DNA from: Octopus vulgaris
Lineage: Eukaryota
Assembly: GCA_951406725.2 (NCBI GenBank)
Contig: OX597820.1
Location: 105,338,001 to 105,402,000, forward strand
Reading direction: 5' to 3'
Length of the DNA stretch: 64,000 bases
Under the pieces are notes generated by a model. The model saw only the letters and a list, made by a program, of their open reading frames with translations. It was not told the origin of the DNA and did no database searches. The position numbers and the translations under genes were made by a program. Of this stretch, positions 27,201 to 39,200 are shown piece after piece. Within the stretch, counting starts at the first letter, position 1. Every line of letters starts with the position of its first letter.

Positions 27201-30200
27201 CAATTTCTATATTGGAACAAATATTTTGCAGCATAGCTCACACTGTCTGGAGGTGTTGTCCCTGAGGAGACCAAGTTAGGTTGAAACTACCTTTTTTTAA
27301 CAGATCTCTTTAAGAAGTTTCTCTGAGACAAAATATTACAGCTGATGCTGTTCTACATTTGCATATACTTTGTAAATGTTTTATACACAAGTATTTGGGC
27401 CTAATACTGTTTCATGTGTGTTTGTTAAATTAATTTTTGTAATATTGCTTACCTTTTAAAACATTTAAAACTAGCTAAAGTTCAATCACCATAGAAACAT
27501 GTTAATTGTTCAAATTTGTTATCTTCATTATTTGGTAGCTCCAACCCAGTAATTTTTTTCTTATTTTCATCATCTTTTTAACATCCATTGCTTTTCATGC
27601 TTGCATGGGTCAAACGGAATTTGAGGCATATTTTTTCTACAGCCTTTTTGTCACCAACCCTCACCTGTTATGAAGCAAGGTAATGGTCCCCTATTCTATT
27701 GAGTATTAAACATCCTGGTCATAGTTATGAGTCTATATAACATGTTAAGAAGCTTGGACGTGCTTTCATGGTTGATTGAAGCATATAACACTGCCTGTAT
27801 TCAAAAGGCTGTTGTTTTGTTTGCTGTTAATGAATTCAAGTAAGGGAAGAAGATATGAGTTATGATGATGATTTAGGGGCACAACTAGTAGTTTTCAGTA
27901 ATCATAAATCTCGGTACTGAAAGTATGAAAAGCAAATCAAACTCCAATGGGATTTGAAATCAGAATTTAAGGAACCAGAAGTACCAATCCACTCTTTCAG
28001 TAATAATCATAATAACAATACTTTCTGATTTAGGCACAAGGCTGAAAATTCCTGAGAAAAGGAGGTCAATTACATTGGCCTCAATATTTGACTGGTGCTT
28101 TATTTTATTAACTTCAGACTGATGAAAAACATAGTTGACTTCATCAGAATTTGAATTAAATTATAAATTCCGTAGTTAAATACTGAAAGAATTGAGTAAT
28201 TTCTGTGAGCCTAGTTGGATGTTTTATTTAGTACAAGAAATAATCCAGTATTAATGATAGATAATTTTTCTCCATTTTCTTTTCTCTTCCTTTTAGGCCC
28301 TGTTTGCTACAGAAACATTTGCCATGGGTCTTAATATGCCTGCCAGGACAGTTTTATTCACCTCTGCTCGTAAGTTTGATGGTAAAGATTTTAGATGGGT
28401 AAGTTTTTTGTTTTGTTTTTTCTGTTCTTTTGTAAATAAAAGCATCTACTTATATGTAGGCTTGAACTAAAACCTCATGCAGTTTTGCAACATAGCTGGT
28501 AGTATCTCAATAATCAAATAACAGCAGAAACAAAACAGGGAATATTTGGGAAGTAGTAGTATAGTAGGATAGATCTGAGAAAACTGTGTCTACTTCACAT
28601 GAAACAACAAAGATATCTGCAAGGCTGGTGTAAACCTACTAAACTTATACCATCTTAGAAAAATATAATGCATAATAGATACTGACAATAAGGACTTGGT
28701 TGGTTAACCCTTTTGTTACTATATTTCTTTTTATATACTCTGCCTTTGTTTTGTATTAGAGTTTTATAAAACTTTGTCACTATTAAACTGGTGTTTGAAG
28801 CATAGATTAACATGGATATTTAAGGTTTTAATTTAAATTACTATAAAACAAAGTTTCTCTCATTGAACCAGAAGTGGTCTCAAGTATATTGGTATCAAAA
28901 GGGTTAAAACATTCTGTTGTATAAGCTCTTGTTTCATTAAGTTGCATACAAGTATCTAGTTTTGAAAACCATTCTGGTTCATGTTAGGCTGGGAAATGGG
29001 TTTTTCTTTTTCTTTTTTTTTAAAGCTCCATATATTTACATAATTTTTTTATTTTTATTTTTCTATGTTTTTATTTACTTTTGTAAATTTAGATAACATC
29101 CGGTGAATATATTCAAATGAGTGGTCGTGCTGGACGTCGTGGAATTGATGACCGTGGTATTGTTATCTTGATGGTTGATGAGAAAATGAGTCCTATGGCT
29201 GCTAAAAATATTGTTCAAGTGAGAAATATAAATTATAATTTTAATGTCATTTATTGTTATTGGCTGCTACTGTTTGTTTACCTCTGGACATATTCAGTTT
29301 CCTTCTCTTTTCTCTAGAATAAAATATTTCATTAAGTTATTAATAATGACCTCTCATAAGAGTGTATGTCCATTAAATATAAAATTTCAGTGGGAAATAG
29401 AAAATACATGGCTGTTTTATATTTGTCTGTCTGTCCGTCCATTTTTCCATATGTGTGTATATAAATATTCTTTTTGGATGACTATGTGGTTATGAAGTTT
29501 GCTTCATAACCATTTTGTGTTCAGCCCCATTGTATGACATCTTAGACAAGTGACTTTTACTAAAGCTCCAGCCCAATCAATTCCATGAAAGTGGGATTGG
29601 TAGATGCAGTGTACAGAGACTTGTTTTATGCATGCACTTCCTATGTGTCCATATCTTGAACTGGGTACACTTCTACCAACACTTTTTTTCATATTGAGCA
29701 GGGCCATCTTCCTGAAGGGATCAGTGATTTTTCTGTTTTCCTACTTACTAGGACTTAGGTTTTTGTTAAATTAACTCTCTCACAGACCTTGCTTTCACAC
29801 CAGAAATTTCCTCTCTAGTTCTGGTAGTGATTCAGCAATAAGAATGAGGTCATCAGCATAGAGGAGTTCCCAAGGGCAATCTGCCTTAAATTCCTCTGTT
29901 ATAGCCTAGAAGACTATGATAAATAAGAGGGGGCTGAGAACCATTCTTTGGTGAACTCCTACCATATATCATCACTTTTCCATGCTTGCATGGGTGAGAC
30001 AGAATTCATCAAGGCAGATTTTTCTTTGGCCAGATGTCTTTCTTGTGATTAACCTTCACTTGTTCCTTCCCAAGCATGGTAATAATTTCCCCTTGACCTG
30101 GCATGTTTGCACAGAAGATTGGAAACAAACAACACTGCTTGGATGATGATTGCATTTGTTTACAACTTTTAGGCATTGTCAATATAAAGAAGCATATACC

Positions 30201-33200
30201 CATATATATATATGTGATGGGATTCTTGACAGTTTCCATCTACTAAATTCACTAAAGCCTGGGGCTGTAGTAGAAGACACTGTGCAGTGGCACTGAACCC
30301 AAAGTCAACTTGAGTTGCAAAGTGAGCTTCTTAAGTACGTAGCCATATCTGCACCTAAGTTTTATATATATATATATATATATATGAATAAATGTTGTGC
30401 TGCAAAACTGTTTTTGTATTAGAATAGAGTTTGTAAGTTACTCTGAAGTGTTAGACATAATCATATGAGTGCTATTACTTGAGGAAAGCATGAATGTCAG
30501 AATTTCCCAAGTTTCATGCCTATGCAACATGTTATTTTCAAAGTCTCAGTTTTTAAATGGAGGTACTGACTTCTCATCACCCTCATTTTTTATCTCTCTC
30601 TTTCCAACTATTCCCACTCCTGAGTATATAATGCTGGGTAGTCATGTATCTACTCTTCAACAAGACACCTGTTCTTATCTTGCTATCATACTAGAGCCTT
30701 TCAATACCTGGCATGAAGCCACTTCATTCAATACTGCACCCCCACTCAGTCAAGGGGCTTTTTCCCTTTTCTTTGTTTTGCAAGTTACTTGGTATCCTTA
30801 CTAGAGTCAGTGCTATGAAAGAAAGCACCCCATACATTTTGTGAAGTGGTTAGGATTGGCATGCCGCTGTAGAAACCATGCAAAGCAGCTTTTGGAGCTT
30901 GACACAGTCTTCTGGGTTGTTGGATCCAGTCAAAACCTTCAACCCATGCCAGCATGGAAGATGTATGTTAAAGAAAGGTGATGATGATGTGTATACTTTG
31001 TTTTTCCTTTTATAATAATTTTGAGTTATGGAAAATATTGAAATCTTTTTGTTTAGGGAGAAGCTGATCCTTTGAATAGTGCCTTTCATCTAACCTACAA
31101 CATGGTCCTGAATTTGTTGAGAGTCGAAGAAATTAATCCTGAATATATGTTGGAACGATCCTTCTACCAGTTCCAAAACTATGCCACTATACCACAACTT
31201 CTTGAAAGTATGTATTCACAATTTTGTTACACTTGATTTAGAAAAAAAAATTCTATCTCACTAAATTATACCATTAACCCTTTAGCATTTAAACCGGCCA
31301 TATCCGGCCAAAAGTATTCTGCCTGTTTTATGTTCAAATTGGCCAGATCTGGTCTCTCACACCAGCCCTACAATATTGTTTAAAAAATTAACAGCTACCT
31401 CATCAAAATCTCCTAGCTACAAGATAATGCATGATTAATTCAAAACAATGTGGATAAAGAAGCATTAATTTTGGCAGAATAATGTGAACACTAAAGGGTT
31501 AAGCCTTTAGCATTCTGATTATTCTGCCAAATGTAATGGTTATCTATTTACATTGTTTTGAATTAATTATCCATTATCTAACAGCTTTGAGATTTCAATC
31601 TTGTGATTATACATTTTTAGAATGACATTGTAGGATAGGTGTGAGTGGTATCTGGCTGATTTGAATGTAAAACAGGTTGAATATTTGGGCCCGATATGGC
31701 CAATTTAAATGTTAAAAGGTTAATACTTTTAATTATCTCATGGCTTGACTATTCAAAGAGGAATTAGAAAATCCTAATATATGATTGTGTGGTTAAAAGG
31801 TTTGCTTTGTAATCATGTGACTGCTAGATCAGTCCCACTATGTGGCACTTTAGCCTGTCATAGGTACATTGTTGATCAATCCCTTGTTAGTTGAATTCAG
31901 TAGACAGATGTTGTGTAGAAGCCTGTGTGAACATGTGTATGTATGAATTGTATAAAAGTGTGTGTGTATATATATATGAAAGAGATGCAAGCATAGGTGT
32001 ATGGTTCAGAAGTTCACTTCTTAACCAAGTGGTTTGGGTTCAGTCCCATTATACAGTACCTTTAGATGCAGGCCAACAGAGATGGCTACAGCTTGCAAGC
32101 TGAAGCAGGTAAAAGAGTATATCAATATTTAAATGTTTTGTTTCATTCTCATGTTATATTTTTCCTTTGTTTACCATGTAGATATTCGGAAACAAGAAAA
32201 AGATCACAATAACCTGAAAATTCCAAATGAAGAGCAGATAGCAACTTATTATAAGATTAGGCAGCAGCTTGATGCCCTTGCTGTTGAGTTCCAAGGATAT
32301 ATCACAAAACCACAGAACATATTGCAGTTTTTACAGCCAGGACGTTTGATTAAAGTAAGTACCTTCTGCAGTTTGTGATATATATTTAGTTGATATATAT
32401 AGTTGATATTTATTTACTTTGTTTTGAATTAATTGTGCATTATCTCATATGCTCATGATTTTAACTGCTGTTGTCACGTAAACTGGCTCGTAAAAAGCGC
32501 CCATTACACTCTTGGAGTGGTTGGCGTAATGAAGGGCATCCAGCCATAGAAACCATTGCCAAATCAGATTGGAACCTGGTGCAGATTTCCAGTTTATCAG
32601 TTCCAGTCAAACCATCTAACCCATGCCAGTATGGAAAGCGGATGCTAAATGATGATAATGATGATGAATTGTTTTATTCTTAGAATGATATTGTATAGAA
32701 GGTGTGAGAGTCTGGATGTGGCCAGTTTGAACATAAAACACGTAGAATGTTTGTGCCAGAAATGGCCACTTTAAATGCTGAGTGGCTAAATGTTGAAATG
32801 ATATTTTCATTAACTTATCAGCCTCTCTTTTCTAGGTAAAGAATACTGATGATGATTTTGGTTGGGGAGTTGTTGTCAATATCCAGAAAAAGACGGATCA
32901 AAGCAAGGTAAACTTAGCTCCAAAATTTTAAAAATAAGAAAATAGATAAAATAGAACAAGTTAAATGAAAACAGTAGATATGAATGGTTTGTTCAAACTT
33001 GTTACCCATCTTGGAGAAAGACTACTCAATGAAATTTTAAGTCCAGAAAGCATTGCAGAGCATATAGATTCATTTAAATGGAAAATATCTCAAGTATATT
33101 TTATTTTTGCTAAATTAGTGTCTGAACTGTATTCCAAAGAGACTTGGGTAACTTTAACCCAAAGGCCTCTTCTCATTGCAGTCTCTGCTGTTATGTTGTG

Positions 33201-36200
33201 GCTAATTTCATGGAAAAAAGCAAGTGGTAAATCTAGTCAAATTAACAGTTCCTCATGAAGATTACATGGCTGCTGCTGGGGCTTAAAAGATTGACTGTTA
33301 TGAAAACCGCCTCATGGAATGTGAAGATGCAGGCTGGAAATCAGAATGTTTTCTAATTGAAGTTGGCTGTAGGAGATTCATTGGACAAAGTGTGAGGCGA
33401 CTGTTATCGTTAGGCTTTACTCAAGTTAAAAAGCAAATACCACCACAAGTGATATCCAGACTACAGTGGAAAAGGCAAACCACTGGATTTGGTTAAAAAG
33501 AGACGATGAGCAATGGCTAGAAGAATATTGAGTGAAACCTGATAACCAGTTGATTTAGCGAGTGGGGTCTGGTGCACGATGATGCCATCGAGAAACAGCA
33601 CGCATTCTCTCCTGATGCCCCATAAACTTGCTAGCATCCAATTTTCAGAGCTTTGAACTGGTAGCACTTGCATCAGCAAGTTAGCAAAAAAAAAATATAT
33701 TCCAAAATGACATGAGGGACTTTAGCCCAAAAGACCTCTTCTCATTGCAATCTCCACTGTTATGTTTTTGCTAATTTCATGATTTCTTGAGATTTACTAA
33801 ATGCATCAGCATTCTCTCTTTGTCAAACATTGGAAACCTCGGTAGAATTTGGGTGGGGGAGTTTTAGGAAGCCCACTATGCTATTCAAAGCAATATTGGT
33901 AATTAAAGCAGCAGACATCCATATACTGTTACCATAATCAGTCGTAAACTATAATAATTCCTCAACAACAAAATATCAGCTTATTAAAGTGTTACATTTT
34001 TTTTTTATACAAACAAAAGGGGTTCATTTTTTCCTAATTTGAATTCCTCTGTGTTAACCTACATTCAAAATCTCCATCATTCTCATATTTTCAGTTGGAA
34101 TCAGATGTTCAGTACGTTTGTGAAGTTCTTCTCCATTTAAGTCAAGAATCAGCTCATACTCATAGCAGCTTATCTATTAAACCGTGTCCTCCTGGACAGA
34201 AAGGAGAGATGCAGGTATTGCTTCTTTTAATATCTTTCGTATTGGTTCTCTCTCTCTTTCTCTCATATATAGATATATTTATTTATTTGTCATTTCTAAA
34301 TGTTGTTACTATATTTTATTTTGTCTTTTCTTTCTAGGTTGTACCTATTCTCATTCATTTGATATCTTCAATAAGTTCCGTACGCTTATATGTTCCTAAA
34401 GACTTGCGGTCACTGGACAGCAGACAGAGCATCCTAAAATCAGTTCAGGTACTCCACATTTCATGACTCCTCCTATTTGATGATTTTACCATTGAACTCT
34501 TTCATTAAGCTACCAGAGTTCCTGAGACCATCCAAACTTATCTTCTACCTATTTCGGTTATTAGACTCTGGCCATACTGAGGTACTGCCTTGAAGGGTTT
34601 TGTCAAACAAATTGACCCTAGTACCTTTTTATTTTTTCAGTCTTGTACTTATCTTATTTGTCCCTTTTGCCGAACTGTTAAGTTACAAGGATGTAAACAA
34701 ACCAACACTGGTGGTCTAGCAATGGTGCGGGACAAACACACACACAAAATAATTAACAGTGACAAGCAGTACTAATACTAAAAAATAAATATTTATCTCC
34801 TACTTAAAGTGGATGTTGTATCAGAACACAGAATATTGCATTATTTACCATGAGAGAACTCCTTATATGGACATGTGGTGCATAAAATCACTCGTGTTTA
34901 TATTGTTCACAGATAAAGCTGCTGTACCTAGCCATGGATGCCTATTGTTGATAAGGTCAAGAAGGGCTGAAATCATACGATTTGGCAGTTCAGGTGGCCA
35001 TAGCAGTTAATTATCACTACTGACTTGGTCACCTAGGTACCAGAAGCTATCAACTACTTCTAGTTTTTCCTCCTGGAGTGTGATGGAATCTGTTTTCTGA
35101 GCATCTGTGGTTTTTATTGCCTCTGTGCATCTGCTGCACATGAAAGCTATCTTCTTCGTTAATCTTCCTTTGATGTTGCTGTACCTCTTATATGTCCATA
35201 GCTTACACAGGGTACATCTTATGGAGTTTCTACCTACACCTTTTCTACAGATCGAGCAGGGCCACCTACCTGAAGGGGTGTGTGATGTGTTCGCCTTCCT
35301 ACTTATTAGAACTTTGGTCTTTGCAACATTGACTCTAAGACCCTTCAATTCTAAACCTTGCTTCCACACTTGACGTTTCTTCTCTAGTTCTGGTAGTGAC
35401 TCTGCTATGAGGGCCAGGTCATCAGCATAGAGGAGTTCCTAGGGGCAACCTGTCTTGTATTCCTCTGTTATTGCCTGGAGGACTATGATAAATAAGATGA
35501 GACTGAGGGCTGATCCTTGGTGGACCCCTACTTCTACCTGAATTCTTCACTAGACTCATCTCCAATCCTAAATCTACAAGCAGCATCTCTGTATAGGGCC
35601 TGTACAGCCCTTATTAACCATTCGTCAATCCCCAGTTTCTGCATTGCCCACCAGATAAGGGATCGGGGACCCTGTCAAAGGCTTTTTCTAAGTCCATATA
35701 GGGGTTTATCTTTGGCTAGGTATTTCTCCTGCAGTTGCTATACCAAGAATATAGCATCAGTGGTGCTTCTTCCTGGCACAAAACTGAACTGCATCTCATC
35801 TAATCAGACTTTCTCCCTAATTAGTTGGGCTTTGACCTGTGTGATAATTTATACTCATTGATTCATTGGCTTAAATTTTATAATCAATGTGTAAGATAAC
35901 CCATTATGTATAAAATGTTTTCATAAGGATTCTATCATTTAATGTTTGGCTTCCATGTTGACATGGATTGGACTGTTTCACAGGATCCGATGAGTTGGAG
36001 GACTCTTATCCTAATTCAATGTCTACCGTGGGTATAGTTTGTACAGCCGAATGCCCTTTCTAACACAAACCCCTCTACAAGTTATAGTGGATGCTTTTCT
36101 CATTGCTCCGGCACTCGTAAAGATTGCCTTGCAAGATTAGAAGCTAATGTGATCCCTAAAACAGGAAGAACAGAAGAGAGGGCAGGGTTAGGGTTCGAGA

Positions 36201-39200
36201 CAGCAGGATGGGGCAGAGTAGGATGAGAGGAACAGATTTACTGTTGTGATGAGAGTAACAGAATGATATAGTAGGCACTAATTGGGGTGGAGCAGTGTGA
36301 CCAAGAAAGGGAAGGGATTAATGCTGAGTGGGTGGGTGGGTTCTTAAAAGTTAATGTAACAATTACTAGCAATGTACTGAACTGACGTTCAGTACAATTT
36401 ATACTAAGTTCAACACACTATCATGTATACAGACATGTTTCAGTAATACATACTTTTACCATATTTAATTTATGCTGTGTGATTTTATGTTGTATGAGGT
36501 GGAATCCATTGTGTTTATGGCAGAGTAAAGCCTTGAAAGCCTAATGATAGACTACATATTGGTTTAACTTTATTTTATTTCATGAAGTTTCTTATTGCAA
36601 AATCACTTTATATTTTAACTTCACTGAAATACTTGTGCTTTCTTTCATTCTTTCAGGAAGTTCAACGCAGGTTTCCATGTGGTCTACCCTTGCTAGACCC
36701 AATTGATGATATGGGTATCCGAGAGAAAGGATTGAAGGAAAACATTAAGGTATAAGCAACATTTCATGAACATTATTCCATTTGTTATCTTTTGCAGATT
36801 TGAACTATAGATGACAGTTTCCTTCCTTGTAACAAAATATTGTGTATGTTATGTATGTTTGTGTACATATACACACATGTATAATATGAATATATATAAT
36901 GTATGCATATACATATGTACACACACATGAGTAATATTTTATGTGCAATTTGTTAGATGTTTGCTACAGGCAATTTATATTTGATTGTATTTTTGTCCCT
37001 TTCAGAAAATTGAAGCTTTTGAACACCGTATGTATTCCCATCCTCTTCATAAAGACCCAAAACTGGAAGAATATTATTCACTGTATGAACGAAAAGCTAA
37101 GGTAAATAAAATCAAATGCACCAGTAGGTACAGGCATGCCTGTGTAGTTTTGAAGTTGTCTTTGAAGCCATGTTGTTTAGGGGTTTTGTTGCCCTGCCTG
37201 AATATTGTCAGCTGACATTCTATACTACACCCAATGGATTGACTAATACCTTGTAAATGAAATTGGTTTAGAAACTGAAGAAGCCTATCAGGCGTATTTC
37301 TGAGTGTCATGTGTGTGTTTGTGTGAGTTCATATTTCCCTTTGTCTTCATATATTTTTGTTAACAGTAAACAACAATCTCACTATCAATACTGGTTGGTG
37401 TCCTTTGCTTACAGTCAATCTCAAAAGGATATCCAAGTTTCTCGACATGTTGCACAGTCTTTGTATACAAAGAATTTCATTCAAATAGTGTTTGTTCCTT
37501 CTACATTCATGTTCCATGGTAGCATACTTCACTTTTCTGTTTTACATTTGAATTCTGTCTCTTGCTTAACCAAGCAACTCGGAAATTAGTGTGAAAAATG
37601 TTGTCAGCTAGGTGGGTTGAGAATAATACGTTTATTTGCTTTGCCCAGGAACACTCAAAAGTGGACAGTTAGGAATTTGGTAGAAAGCACACACAACATA
37701 TTACATTCTTTTAAAGATTTCCTTATGTAGCTTGCACAATATATAAGGTTATGAAGAGTTATGTATTTTAGCTTGGACAAAATATGAAGATTTTCTATGT
37801 TCTATGTTGGACACAATATAAAGATTTCTTTGTGTATTTTAGCTTGGACAAGAAATTAAAAAAATCAAACTTGAAATGAAGAAAAAGAAGTCATTACTGC
37901 AAATGGATGAGTTGAAATGCCGGAAGCGTGTGTTGAGGCGACTTGGCTATGCAACGCCTTCAGATGTTATTGAAATGAAAGGCAGAGTTGCTTGTGAAAT
38001 TGACAGGTAATCAAACTTTTCTTTTTTTTTTTTTTTTTTTTTTTTTAAAGTTTAATAACCCTGATATTGTGATGGTAACTGCAAGGTTTGGTTAGTTTTA
38101 AAGGAATAAAACTTAAATCCTAAATCCAGATATTTTCAGTTCAAATTCAAGTTGAATTTACAGTTATATACAAATAGAACATGGTAGAACAACAACAGCA
38201 CAAACGTAAATGTACAAGCTTAGCAAAAACAGTCTCCTACATTTTACTGGTTGATAAACATTTAATGCTTTAGCATTTAAACTGGCCATATCTGGCCCCA
38301 ATATTCAAACTGGCCAGATTTGGTCTCACACCTACCCTACAATATCATTCTAAAAATAAACAATCACATTATTGAAACTGCAAAGATATAAGAAAATGCA
38401 TAATTAATTCAAAACAATTTGAATAAAAACACATTACATTCAACAGAGTAATCTGAACACTAAAGAGTTAAATAGCAAACCCATGGCGTACATCAGGCTA
38501 ATCCATAACGGTAACTGAAAAAAAAAAAAAGGAAAAATTGGCTACATGAGGACACCATTAACACCTGTCTAACTTTGATAGCTTGTATGCCTCACAACAA
38601 GATATTTTGCTGCTGCATCTTGTACCAACTGAAACATTTGTAAGGACAATAATATATAAACAATGTAATAACACAGTACTCCAATTTGTCATAGCCCTGT
38701 CGTGGGATGTGCTTCCCGGCACCAACCAACATTGTTTTTTTTGAGCCAGGTACTATTTCCAGTGGTCTTTCAAACAACAAACCGTTCAATGGCTGGACCC
38801 CTTTTTTGCATCCCTGACACTGTCGTCAGCACAGCATGCAAATGTCAAGACAACACCTACTTACAGAGCTATGGCACAGGAATGAGCCTGAAGTAGCAAT
38901 AGGTCAAGTAAAGAAAGAAAACAATGAGATATGAAAGATAGAAAAGTGAATAGTGAAAGAGCCATAAAGATGAAAGGGTACATAGGCTTTCTAGAAATAG
39001 TGTTAGTGAATTTTGGAAAGCATGGAATTTTTTAATGATGCATTGTCTTGATAGCTAATGACTGATGCAGAGAGTTTATTCTGTGCTTTGACAATACTGA
39101 GTGTGAAAACAATGTTTCTGAAAGTCATGGGCCCTACTCTGATTTTATAAGCATGTCCATATACAGGAGAGTTATTGAATTCAAAAAGGTGGCTGAAGTT

